The notes beneath the pieces are model-generated. The model did not search any database. It saw only the letters and a program-made list of their open reading frames with translations, and was not told the DNA's origin. Both the position numbers and the translations under genes were made by a program. Below are positions 1-11,464 of a DNA stretch of 64,000 nucleotides, piece after piece (positions within the stretch are counted from its first letter, which is position 1; every line of letters starts with the position of its first letter). The stretch is taken from the NCBI GenBank assembly GCA_951406725.2, contig OX597822.1, forward strand, positions 87,358,001-87,422,000. The letters are read 5' to 3'. Source of the DNA: Octopus vulgaris. Taxonomy: Eukaryota.

Positions 1-138
1 TAAAGGCTTGGAAGATTTCGAAGCGGACCTGCTGAAGATCATGAGCAAAATAAAATTTCGTAAGTCTTTTAACGATTTCCAACATAAATTGAAAAAAGAT
101 ATTAATCATATAAAAAGCTCCAAGAAAAAAGCACTTTT

Positions 139-1929
139 TCGGATAAAACCAAGAACTTATACCTGGTAGATAACAGCAAATACACACAACTCTTACACAA
201 CAGCATCATTAATAATTATACTAAGGCTAGGGCACAGACATATAACGAAATTAATAAAGAAGCTAGCGTCATCGCCGCTAAACTTAAATTAGATAAAAAA
301 ATAGAAACCCTCCCCCAAAAAGAGGCCTTTATTACTATTAAAGATCACAAAGAAAACTTCCTTTCCAACCCTAAATGTAGGCTTATCAACCCAGCCAAGT
401 CAGAACTAGGGATTATTAGCAAAGAAATTTTAGATAAAATAAATACGAAAATTAAGACCGATACTAGGCTAGTGCAATGGTCCAATAGTATAGAAGTCGT
501 AGACTGGTTTAAAGCTATTAAGAATAAGAAAAAAGCGAGGTTTACACAATTCGATATTGTTGATTTTTATGCCTCTATCTCTAAAGAACTGCTAGATAAA
601 GCCCTAATCTTCGCTAGTGACTTCATAGAAATTAGTACCAATGATAAGGATATAATCTTCCATGCTAGAAAGACATTACTTTTCAGTGAGAATGCAAAGT
701 GGGTAAAAAACACCGACACGGAGGGCGCTTTCGATGTGAGCATGGGTTCATATGATGGGGCAGGCATCTGTGATCTAATTGGACTCTTTCTCCTAGATAC
801 CTTCGGTAAGACATTCCCTAACGTACATTTCGCCATCTACAAAGATGATGCCCTCGCCTTAACAGCTAATACAAATGGACCAGCACAAGATCGTTTTAGG
901 AAGGATATTATCCAGTTAATGAAACACTTCGGACTTAGTATAACTATAGACACTAACCTGACGGTTGTCAATTTCTTAGACGTTTCCTTAGATCTTAATA
1001 GTAATATTTATAAGCCTTATAGGAAGCCCAATGATAGACTAAGTTATATTAATGTAGGTTCATGCCATCCCCCTATAGTATTCAAAAATTTAGTTAAAAA
1101 TATTAGTAAGAGGATTTCTAGCCTCTCATCTAATGAGGACATCTTCAATAGCGTTGCCCCAGTTTATAATAAAGCTTTAAAAGATAGTGGTTTTAGCGAA
1201 AAAATAAAATATACACCTATCACCAGCCCAACAGTAAGGAAAAGGAATAATAGAAATAGGAAGGTCATCTGGTTTACGCCCCCTTACTCACCCGAGGTGG
1301 CCTTCAATATAGGTAAATATTTCCTAGCACTGATAGATAGACATTTTCCAGTTAACCATGCTTATAGGAAACTCTTCAATAGACACAATTTAAAAATTAG
1401 TTTTAGTTCAACTACCAATTTTAAAAACATAATCAATCATAACATACAAAAAACACAAGAAGAAAACAGCTGTTCATGCAGGAATAAAGAATTGTGCCCG
1501 CTAAATGGAGCTTGCATGTCCAAGACCATCATATATGAAGCTACCGTAAACTCTATAACCACTAAAGACACCGTTTCGACGAAGAAATACGTGGGCCTGA
1601 CAGAGGGTAATTTCAAGGCCAGGTTCAATAACCACACTTTGAGCTTTAGGCACTGGAACAAAAGAAAAGCGACACAATTATCCAATCATATTTGGTCTTT
1701 AAGAGATAAAGGTGTCGATTATAACATACAATGGAAGATTTTGGCCAGATGTAAGCCCTATACTAACGGCAGCAGAAGGTGTGGTTTATGCGACATGGAG
1801 AGATGGCTTATCTGGAAAAGCAGCTTAGACCCTACCACATGTCTAAATACAAGGACAGAGCTTTTCGGATCATGCCCACATGTGACTAAATTTCTGTTAC
1901 GTTTTTGGTCCCCTAAAGAAAACGGATAG
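139..1929 (+). CDS. PLE reverse transcriptase/GIY-YIG endonuclease polyprotein (partial; possibly the Cys-rich 'Hydra'-type clade)
   Basis: The frame of the listed 472-1929 ORF is stop-free back to at least 139 (SDKTKNLY...FITIKDHKENF...KCRLINPAKSELG). RT motifs FDIVDFY, MGSYDG, YKDD, FLDV. Linker CSCx5Cx5C. GIY-YIG-like IIYEA...YVGLTE..FKARFNNH and CGLC..E. Bases 2-135 code in another frame (KGLEDFEADLL...), so there is one frameshift in the homopolymers near 125-138. Confidence 0.88.
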   Translation, partial: SDKTKNLYLVDNSKYTQLLHNSIINNYTKARAQTYNEINKEASVIAAKLKLDKKIETLPQKEAFITIKDHKENFLSNPKCRLINPAKSELGIISKEILDKINTKIKTDTRLVQWSNSIEVVDWFKAIKNKKKARFTQFDIVDFYASISKELLDKALIFASDFIEISTNDKDIIFHARKTLLFSENAKWVKNTDTEGAFDVSMGSYDGAGICDLIGLFLLDTFGKTFPNVHFAIYKDDALALTANTNGPAQDRFRKDIIQLMKHFGLSITIDTNLTVVNFLDVSLDLNSNIYKPYRKPNDRLSYINVGSCHPPIVFKNLVKNISKRISSLSSNEDIFNSVAPVYNKALKDSGFSEKIKYTPITSPTVRKRNNRNRKVIWFTPPYSPEVAFNIGKYFLALIDRHFPVNHAYRKLFNRHNLKISFSSTTNFKNIINHNIQKTQEENSCSCRNKELCPLNGACMSKTIIYEATVNSITTKDTVSTKKYVGLTEGNFKARFNNHTLSFRHWNKRKATQLSNHIWSLRDKGVDYNIQWKILARCKPYTNGSRRCGLCDMERWLIWKSSLDPTTCLNTRTELFGSCPHVTKFLLRFWSPKENG

Positions 1930-2123
1930 AACATGCCTTCTGTGTTATGTCCCAAGAAGATTTTATATATTTTTATATATTTTTATATATTTTTATGTAT
2001 TTTTATATAATTTTTATGACGAAAAATGCGAGCGATGTATAAGTACGCAGGCAAAGCAGAGTTATAACAGAGTAATTTCCCTTCTTTTTTAACGGTATTT
2101 TTTCATAACGTTTTCAAATAGCC

Positions 2124-2186
2124 AGATAACCGAAGAGATGGTGTTGTGGATTTCCACTTCGGCATCTGAAACTCAGAGTTTTATCT
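2124..2186 (+). ncRNA. Putative minimal type I hammerhead ribozyme in the PLE pseudo-LTR
   Basis: Stem I AGATAA/TTATCT; core CCGAAGA (U4>C variant of CUGANGA); stem II GATG/CATC; GAAA; near-palindromic stem III ACTC-A-GAGT; GUU cleavage triplet. PLE pLTRs are known to carry minimal hammerheads. Confidence 0.6.
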
Positions 2187-2282
2187 TGACTACCGAGTAA
2201 TGTAACATATTGTATAGATAAATTTCCTCTATTTACATAATATTGAGGTCTCTTTCTTTCTTTTGTTATCTTACCGTTTTAT

Positions 2283-2333
<51 letters not shown>

Positions 2334-2447
2334 TGTATGGATTGTGGATTGTTTATCTTGTATCGTAATATTTGATATATTGGGATCTATTATAATAGGT
2401 ATTGTCAAGTGATGATTACTATAAATCTAATAATATTGTTATTATTG

Positions 2448-2485
<38 letters not shown>

Positions 2486-2562
2486 TGATTATTGGTTTAG
2501 TAGTCATGAGCATAGACGTGTGTATATGTTCCAGTATATATGTATATATATATATATATATA

Positions 2563-3149
2563 AAAGAAGAAATGAGGTACTCAGAAATCTGGATGGTTTT
2601 ATATTTACAGATATTTATTAATATGTCACATGTTTTTATAAATCATATATATCATATATTAGTGCTTGCGTCCACTCTAGCCACTCTAGTGGAGTCGTCA
2701 GATTGAACTTTTGCGGGAATTTTGTCTCTTTTTATTGTGTTATTGAATGTGTAGGGGTGGAGAGAAATATAAGTTAGTACAAGAGGGTGAGGAATTGGAA
2801 AAAAGTGAGAGAGAGAGTGCGTGTGTGTCTCACTTTCTCCCCATTCTTCACCCTTTTCTACTAACTTATATCTCTCTCCACCCCTACTCACTCAATAATA
2901 CTATAAAAAGAGACAAAATTCCTTACAGCTGTTTCCAGTAGTCATTATAGGTTTGTTACTGATAGCTTTACTCAATTTGTCTATTGATCATTTGAGAAAA
3001 GTTGAATGACCTAAAAGTTAATGATACTTTCATCGGAGCCATTTCTAGTTATATAACCAGAAATGGCTCTGACGAATGTAGCATTAATTTTTTAGGTTGT
3101 TTCACTCAATTGGTCTATTGATCAGTTGAAAAAAGTTGAATGACCTAAC
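2563..3149 (-). mobile_element. Non-autonomous hairpin-rich element between (TA)n tracts, probably PLE-derived
   Basis: Flanked by (TA)n on both sides. Long hairpins at 2716-2922 and ~3001-3105. GAAACAGCTGTA on - at 2924-2935 resembles the palindromic stem III of PLE hammerheads. Confidence 0.45.
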
Positions 3150-3185
<36 letters not shown>

Positions 3186-3498
3186 TCACACTTACACAAA
3201 CACCCACACACCCATACGCATTTCTATATTAAATTGCACTCGTATTAAATAAGTCATCCATGTGCCACACTTAATGTATGGACGTAATTGACAGGCTAGT
3301 TACAATGCTTCTCGTCCAAGATAAAATTTCTTATAGGAGTGCTGTGCTAAATAATACATATATATGTATTATTTAACATATATTACATTTCATATACAGA
3401 GATGGTGAATTGTCCCGGAAGCAAGAATGCCTTACACATTTCAGCCTTCTTGTACCTTGATTATGACGTGATTTCCTGTTTAAAGTCATGTATGTGAT

Positions 3499-3810
3499 GC
3501 ATGGATGAGTGGTTAGAGCGGCAGGATCACAATCATGAGGCAATGAGTTCAATTCCCAGACCAGGCTGTGTGTTGTGTAGCAAGACACTTTCTTTCATGA
3601 TGCTCCAGTTCAGACAGCTGCAACGTTTGCTGAGCTGCGACATCACTGGTGTCAAGTTGTATTGACCGTTGCGTTTCTCGGATAACATTGGTGGCGTGGA
3701 AGAGGAGGCTGGTATGCATGGGTGACTACTGGTCTTCCACAAGCAACCTTGCCTGGACTTGGAGAGGAACTTTCTAGGTGCAATCCCATGATCATTCATG
3801 ACTGAAAAGG
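3499..3810 (+). mobile_element. tRNA-derived SINE
   Basis: A-box-like TGGATGAGTGGTTAGAGC and B-box-like GAGTTCAATTCC head followed by SINE body. Confidence 0.65.
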
Positions 3811-3948
3811 GTTCTATTTTTTATATATAAAGATAGATATGACCTTGTACATTCTATTAACTAAAGAAAACTTGGTATACAAACATGCTGAGAAAATCCC
3901 AGTAACAACATCTGCACCAAATTTGCATTTTCTAGATACAACACAGTA

Positions 3949-3950
<2 letters not shown>

Positions 3951-4014
<64 letters not shown>
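3951..4014. repeat. (ATA)n microsatellite; other tracts at 2286 (TA), 2450 (ATA), 13474 (TG), 14009 (AC), 14421 (TA), 50972 (TA)
   Basis: Directly visible simple repeats. Confidence 0.95.
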
Positions 4015-4015
<1 letters not shown>

Positions 4016-7000
4016 TCAGTGAACTCTCTCCCTCTCTCCTTACTTCATCCATATGTGCATTAATCTGGTTGTATTTCTATATGCACATATGTGTGTCTGT
4101 CCACGTCTCTTGTATGTATGGACGTGTGTGTGTGTATGTATACTCACATGCACATTTGTGTATGCATATGTGTATGTATATGTATACATATATTTGTGTA
4201 TGTAAGTGCGTGTACATATCCATGTAAGTGTGAGTGTGTGTATGTGTATCCAAGAGTTAGTATGTATTGGATATGTGAATGACCATGTATACATATGTGC
4301 TGATTCTTAAAGGTCAGCTAAGGACAATCACATGTGTAACCAACCATAAAAAACCAATCAACAGTACAAAGAAATCAAATGCCAATCCCTTTAAAATGGC
4401 CACCACTTTAACAGTAGCAGAATCACCATCCCACTACAACTACACATTCAAAGCAGTTTGCCAATGGTCTTTCAGCAACAACACAACTTCATAAATTCAG
4501 TGTCTACTACTAACTTCAAGTCACGACAGAGAGGATACTCTTGAAGCCAAGAATTTGAATTTATGGAGAAAATAGTTATATATCGCCTGAGGAAACACAA
4601 CTATATCTTGTAATGCAGAGAACGGTTGCATAATCAAGTACCTGCACGCCTTCAGAACTACACTGTGTAAAAACAATTGTAGTGATTGAAAATAAATATC
4701 CAACCACACTCCTTCTTATTGACTCCAATTTTTTCAATTATCTATTCACGCACAAATGATGCCCAAATACAATCCTGGAAGTACGTATAATACTACTACC
4801 GAATTGTATAGGGTGAAATCTGAAGGTGGACAAGCTTTATACTGTACTCTACTACGTTCTTAACAGAATGCACCATAACTATATATACATACATATATAT
4901 ATATATTTGTGTATCATTATAATAGTACTTTCATGTACTCAAATATAGTATTGTTGCACACTGCACCCTCCTGATATTGCCAACGGGGTTCCAACAGTTT
5001 AGTCAGCAGCAAAGAAAACTGCAGACCAGTACGGCAAGCCAACTTGCTTAGAGAAGAAGTAGTAGTTATAGCAATCAGAAGAATTCACAATAACAAACAA
5101 AATGAAAGAACTTCAATTTAAGAGGTGAATAAAAATGTATGGTAAAGATAATTTGCCAACATAATGTGGCTGTCCTGTTGTTTATCCCCAAGAAACATTT
5201 CCAGCTGGCTAGACGACACAATATCTGTGTCCTTAAGTTTTTGAACAGGGAGTCCAGCACTCCCATCAAGCACAAAACAACATCTGAGGACTGGTTTCTG
5301 AGTTATTGCTCTTTATCAACACAGAGTAGTTGCTTGGCTAGGTGGCGTTGCTGAATTCACCATTTGAAAATATGTAGTTTTCAAAGTGACACACAGCACT
5401 GATCTAATAAAATAGAAGCATTGTTATTTCTAACTCTCTTGATGAGAGATATTCAGTAACAGTTGTTTAAAATAAAAGCTCTTTGCCAGCATAATGTGGT
5501 TGTTCTGGAGAGGACGATTGTTACTGTTGTTTAACCCCAGGAAACATCATTTCCGTTATTACTTCTAAAATGTGTAGAATAAACTTCTTTTGATGAGCTC
5601 TTCTTTTATTCACCGGTCAAATGATTTATTTTCTATCTTTTTCGACTGGGCTCTGTTACTTACGATTCACGTTAGTCTGGTGACCAACTTCCCACTCCAC
5701 ATTCTTTACGTTGCGAACTTCACACCGACCATTTTCGCAGCCAGTTCAAAATTGTCCTCCTTGCAGCAAAGACGTCACTGTTCACATTAACCGACTGACA
5801 TCCACCATCACATTGAACCGATTTATCAACTGTACCTCGGCACTAACTACTGTGTCAACTGTTCTACATGAACTGCCTGACATCGACCACCTGTCATCGG
5901 CTCCTGGCAGCAGACTGCTTCACGTCACACATTGACTCCCGGAACTGACTGACAGTCACGTATTCTCCCACAGTTAAGGTGCACCAAACTGTCCAGCCTA
6001 CTTTAAACATTCACCTGACCAGAATCGATTCTTTTTTTCATTAGGATTACTTTTTGATTTATTACGTCTTCCTTTGCAAAACTAGAGAGCAGTGTTCTAA
6101 ATTCGTGTAGTACCATCCAAAATTATATTCAGATAATTTCTTCTTCCTAACAGTAGGTTTTTAACTACACACCAAACATACTTAAACTTTAAAAGTAATA
6201 ATTAAACAAAAAGTAAAGAAAAACATAATAATGTATAGGTTATTTCTTGAACCAGCCTTCTTCTTCTTCTTCTTATTATTATTATTATTATCATCATCAT
6301 CATTTTCATTAGCATCATCTTTCAATTGTTTCCATTTCTTGCCAAGTGTCTTCTTGACACCTAGGGCAGAGAAATGTACTGTATATATTGGTAGACCATT
6401 AAAACAAACACATCACATTGTTCATTTACAGAGCCATGTGATAGAGAAAAAGGAGAAAATAGAAAGGTAAACAAATAAAATAAAGCGGGGAAAAGGAAAG
6501 AGAATTTACTGAGACAATGCTCTTTTCAATCCGTGTGACCAGTTACCAGTTAAGACAATCTTTTGCACTTCCAGCATGGATGGTAAGGTAGGGATCATTC
6601 TTAAATAATTTTCAGTTCTTTTTTTTATCTTTCCAAGTGCTAGAATCACTAGTATTGTAACCGTTTTGAGATGCCTCATCTTTTTGATTAGCAGATCTTT
6701 ATATTTTCTGAGCTTATCAAATTCTTTTGCTGAGATATTATGGTCACAGGGTATGCTCATGTCAAATCAATAAACAGACTTCATTGCTTTTGTCTTTCAG
6801 AACAATATCTGGTTTATTTGCCTTGGTTGTCTGATCTATACATACTGGGAAGTCCCAAAGAACAGTTACATTTTCTACCTCAGTTACAGCTGCTTGTACC
6901 ATTTGTCAGCAGTTTTGATTTTATAATGCTGACACATTATCCAATGTAGATATTGGCCAACTCTGTCATGTCTTGATTTGTGCTCTACAGGTGCTTAAAC

Positions 7001-7179
7001 CTTACATCCAGAGATTAGGTGGTCCACTGTTTCTATCCCATCATTGCAGTATTAGCACTTTGGGTCTACACTATTTTTCATCACATTGACTTGATAGTTC
7101 CGGGTCAATAAGCTCTGATCTTGGGCAGCCAAAATAAAGTTTTCACTCTCTTCCTTAAGCCCTGAGCTCCATAGCCACT

Positions 7180-7794
7180 TGTAACGAACTTAATGTGAAG
7201 TGTGAATATCCTCGTGCACTTTTGGGGTGCACAAAGCAATCACTCACTAGCCGTTACTTAATAATCCAGAATCTCTACTAGTCAGAAACAAACAGGACGC
7301 AGACGTGAAATATATATATAACTACTTTATTCTCTTTCTTGGTAAACAATAACAATACGTGTGTTATCTGATGTCCTTGATTCGGGCGCGCAAGGCTGAA
7401 AGTTAATAGATTGTAATATTTACAATGTTCAGCCGATGAAAACAGAAAGGGTCCAAGATGGCGTCGAACAATGGAGACGATGTTGGTCTGCAACATTTTT
7501 GGTTAAAAGTCTTCGGCCAAAGGACTGCTAGAATCTAATCCTGACGGAGAGAATATATGCGTGACCGTCGCCGTCAATCGCTAAGTTCCCAAGTCACCGC
7601 TCGCTGGACGCTAGCGGTCAAACGTTCTACGACCCCCTTGCCTCGCTAACTGCCACGTAGGCAATAGGGTCGTGCTACCGGTGGTTCGCGCATGCGCGAG
7701 AGGGGCCTTCCTTTCTGTGCCTTGGTAAAGGCACCAACACGCGCGAAATACAAATGTACGGTGCGCGAGCGCGCGCCGTTGTCGGATCACTACA
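7180..7794 (-). repeat. 3' LTR
   Basis: Matches 9337-9951 at offset 2157. Adjacent GGCTCCCCTCC (7795-7805) reads as purine tract GGAGGGGAGCC on - (PPT). Contains YY1-like CAAGATGGCG and NRF1-like GCGCATGCGC. Confidence 0.92.
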
Positions 7795-9313
7795 GGCTCC
7801 CCTCCAGTGCGTACGCACGAAAGGAAACTTATTGTAGTGACTGCAAACTCAAGGTGGACACCAGATAACCAAATAGCACACAATAATATAATGGCAAAAT
7901 TTATAACATACACAAGAAATTTACCAAAGGAAAAAGAGAAAAAATACTCAATGAGCAAAAATCAAGAGTGCATGCATGAAAGTGTATACGTCACAAAAGT
8001 ATAAACCCTTCCGCTGAAGGGAGCGGAAGAAAAGGCAGAACTCACAGTTATTGAACCTAGGCGAAATTAAAATCCAACTTCTCTAAAGGTGGTTGATCCT
8101 GCAAATAGCAGTTAAATCAATTGCTGCAGGAGAGGAAATGGAATTGGCAGAAGCTCGCTAGTAACACAAAAGGCAAAAGTGCAAACATGCTGGTGTGATG
8201 CGCGACACAGATAATTTTCTGTTAATTACGTGACCAACAAGGGACTAACAGGGAAAAATAATTACGCCTATAAATCGGCGCAGCGCATTTGAACATCCGA
8301 CGTCTATGAGTCGGGAAAAGAATTAGGCTAACGCAAACGTGTTGCAAAAAACAAGGCAATACACGTGCGAAGCAAAAGGCGCATGAAATGCAATAGTGCT
8401 TGCCAGACCAAAAAACAGCAAGAATATGCCAGTGGTTAAGCGATTATATGCTTCGTTCGTATAGGAACAAAAGTATGACATGCTGGCGCGTCATAATGGA
8501 CAAACAACCCTCTCTATGTATACGTGACCGCTAGGGTCTATGGAAATGAGGGGTGTCCATAAAAGGCAAATTTAGCATGGAACAAAACAAGCGAGAAAAG
8601 CACGTGTGACGTATGTATGTGAGAGAGAGCATTTATGTGTGTGTACGTGTGTGCGACAGAAATACATACAAGGTGAATGCGAGCAAAATACAAAAAATAC
8701 AGCGCATAGAAAAAATGTCTCTCGGGCTATTCTAGACAAGAATTAATTTACCAGTCTGTAATAGCCTGATGTACAATAGCAGTTCGTTCTGTAACAGAAA
8801 TGTTGAAATCACAAAATGCAGATGCCGGTTGAACACATATCGTGTAACGGTTGTGGCTTCGATGCTGTGACAGGTTAACTGGAACAGAAGAAATCTCGTA
8901 GAAAGTGCTGTAAAATCCTTGGTGTGCTAATGCACAAACGGCAAGTGGACCAAACTTCCGCGAGTTGCCATGTACATCTTGGTGGAGGTCGACGGTGTTG
9001 AAAGGCGACGTTGGTGGTGGAAGGCGACTGTAGTGGACTTGGGACAACATCGTTCTTAGTGATGATGGCGACGAAGATAGCGACGACGTGAAGTAGACAG
9101 ACGACGATGATGATGACGAAGGTGGAGAAAAGGCATCGATGATGATGGCGTCCGTCATCATGGCTGTAGAATAAGAAAGAGGCTCCTTCTACAACTGTTT
9201 GTGGTGGCCGGAAACAAATCGTCGAAAGATGAATGCGTAGAGTTAAATCGTGTTCCGACTTCGCAGAAAAACTGGATTTTTTTTGTTGATAAGTGATCTC
9301 TGGTTTTAGACCA

Positions 9314-9335
9314 GAATCACGTCGGGAGGTCACCA
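9314..9335 (-). promoter_or_regulatory. Primer-binding site complementary to the tRNA-Trp 3' end (2-nt insertion)
   Basis: + strand GAATCACGTCGGGAGGTCACCA versus the metazoan tRNA-Trp 3' end as recalled, GAATCACGTCGGGGTCACCA; 1 nt from the LTR edge. Confidence 0.8.
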
Positions 9336-9336
9336 C

Positions 9337-9951
9337 TGAAACGAGCTTAGCGTGAAGTGTGAATATCCTCGTGCACTTTTGGGGTGCACAAAGCAATCAC
9401 TCACTAGCCGTTACTTAATAATCCAGAATCTCTACTAGTCAGAAACAAACAGGACGCAGACGTGAAATATATATATAACTACTTTATTCTCTTTCTTGGT
9501 AAACAATAACAATACGTGTGTTATCTGATGTCCTTGATTCGGGCGCGCAAGGCTGAAAGTTAATAGATTGTAATATTTACAATGTTCAGCCGATGAAAAC
9601 AGAAAGGGTCCAAGATGGCGTCGAACAATGGAGACGATGTTGGTCTGCAACATTTTTGGTTAAAAGTCTTCGGCCAAAGGACTGCTAGAATCTAATCCTG
9701 ACGGAGAGAATATATGCGTGACCGTCGCCGTCAATCGCTAAGTTCCCAAGTCACCGCTCGCTGGACGCTAGCGGTCAAACGTTCTACGACCCCCTTGCCT
9801 CGCTAACTGCCACGTAGGCAATAGGGTCGTGCTACCGGTGGTTCGCGCATGCGCGAGAGGGGCCTTCCTTTCTGTGCCTTGGTAAAGGCACCAACACGCG
9901 CGAAATACAAATGTACGGTGCGCGAGCGCGCGCCGTTGTCGGATCACTACA
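9337..9951 (-). repeat. 5' LTR
   Basis: Direct repeat of 7180-7794; followed on - by the PBS. Confidence 0.92.
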
Positions 9952-10984
9952 CACTAATGGGCAGGCTTCTGGTCTACATCAACTTGTTTGCTACGGGCCA
10001 CATATTTGCCATGCAGGGGTTTTTGTTCCCACCTATCAGCCAATTGTTCAAGCGCATTTAGCTTTGCTATTGATTTAACCTTCTTTGCAACTGCAGTTGC
10101 TGCACTTCCCTCATGTTCTTCAACCTGGGTATTATGCATAAACTCACTTGAAAATATTTTTTGCTCTCCTTCATAACAGAATGTAGCTTCTTAAGTCTTT
10201 CATGGTTTTCAATGAGCTTTAGCATCCAGTCGTTAGATGTTTCAAGTTATTTTGCCAGTTCATTTGTGGTGGTTTTGTAGGAGATTTCAAATTGGATCAA
10301 GCCTCGACCTCCTTCAGCTCTGGGTAGGTAAAGACGATCTGCGTCTACCTTTGGGTGGTGCATCTCATTGTAAGTCAGCAGCTTACGGGTTTTCCTGTCA
10401 ATCTTCCTTATTTCATTCATATTCCAGTTCAACACATTGAAACTGTAAATAACAACAGGAACTGCTAAGAAATTTATAGCTAACACCTTGTTACGTGCAT
10501 TTAACTCTGATTTTAGGACTGCTTGAACTCTCCTGTAACACTCCTTCCTGATCTTCTCTTTCATACTTGCATGTTGAATGCCAGAGCCCTCATCTATTCC
10601 GAAGTATTTGTAAGTTTGTTCCTGCTCGAGTTCTTTTATGACTGTGTCAACATCCAACTCCACTGAATTTGAGGTCTTCAGTTTCCCTTTCTGGAAAGTG
10701 GCCTTGGCACATTTATCAAGACCAAATTTCATCTCAGTGTCATCAGTGAATGCTTTCACAGTATGTAGTTGTCCTTCAAGCTTATTATCATCTATGCCAT
10801 GGAGTTTTAAGTCATCCATATAAAATAGATGACTTATTTTCTTGTCATCAATTTTATATCCATACCCTGTTCTGTTAAATTCATTTGTAAGGGCATTAGG
10901 GCTATATTATTATTATTATTCCTTCATAATACAGTGTAGCTAAAAATGCACCAGTCTTTAGTCATCTGTCAAGTCACAAGGACC

Positions 10985-11400
10985 TCAGACAGATAATACT
11001 TTCCTTAAGATGTGTGCTGTGCCCAATAAGGCTGCTTTTCGCAAGACATTAGTCTTGCATGGGATTTCCAGTTGTCCTAAAAAGTCTTGAAGTGTCAATG
11101 CAATTGAGCCCAGCGCTCCGATTACCACTGGTATCACTTTTACATTACCCTCTTGCATTCCATACAGTCTTGCCATTTCCACTTTCAATTCAGAGTACTT
11201 GGTGATATTTTTCAATCTCTTTACTCAAAACATTCATGTCATTTGGTATGCCTACATCAATGATCTGACAGTATTTGTCTCTTTTACTCAATATCACAAT
11301 ATCTGGCCAATGGTGTTCAATTATACAATCTGTATGGAAATCATAGTCCCAGAGTATCGTTACTTTACCATCCTCCTGCATAACTTTACTTGGTAGTTGC
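10985..11400 (-). mobile_element. 3' fragment of a second R4/Dong-type LINE (RLE endonuclease)
   Basis: ILWDYDFHTD...HWPDIV...IIDVGIPND, then KYSELK.E...VIPVVIGALG...KAALLGTAHILRKVL across a frameshift. Confidence 0.85.
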
Positions 11401-11464
11401 TGATACCAGTTCTCTGTTACTTCATATTATTATTATTATTATTATTACTACTACTACTACTACT

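Larger units (their letters stand above)
1..2285 (+). mobile_element. Penelope-like retroelement (PLE), cut by the window's left edge; RT + C-terminal GIY-YIG endonuclease, 3' pseudo-LTR/UTR ending at a (TA)n tract
   Basis: PLE-type RT and GIY-YIG ORF to 1929, then AT-rich UTR, hammerhead-like motif at 2124-2186, and (TA)n from 2286. Confidence 0.9.
7180..9951 (-). mobile_element. Young non-autonomous LTR retrotransposon (2772 bp; TRIM/LARD-like)
   Basis: Two 615-bp direct repeats (7180-7794, 9337-9951) with TG...CA ends; 4-bp TSD CACT (7176-7179, 9952-9955); PBS and PPT place it on -; no recognisable gag/pol in the 1.5-kb interior. Confidence 0.93.
6500..10905 (-). mobile_element. Decayed non-LTR retrotransposon of R4/Dong (RLE-endonuclease) type, interrupted by the LTR element at 7180-9951
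   Basis: YMDDLKL, FGLDKCA, YKYFG, DRLYLPRAEGGRGL (10247-10850); WEQKPLHGKY; the reading continues across the LTR insertion (..H*WLWSSGLKEE..ILAAQDQ); decayed RLE C-terminus at 6506-6760. Confidence 0.85.

Noticed and set aside
2409-4294. Short ORFs with poly-I, poly-Y, YI or HT runs (also 13316-14573, 50796-51142)
   Set aside because: Translations of microsatellites; no domain signal.
7367-7402. CTGATGT-CCTTG...CAAGG-CT-GAAA hammerhead-like string in the LTR
   Set aside because: A9 missing, extra nucleotides before GAAA, no convincing stems I/III, and it is antisense to the element.
8748-9396. 137-aa and 173-aa ORFs in the LTR element as gag
   Set aside because: Low-complexity, overlapping, partly within the LTR; no capsid or zinc-knuckle motif.
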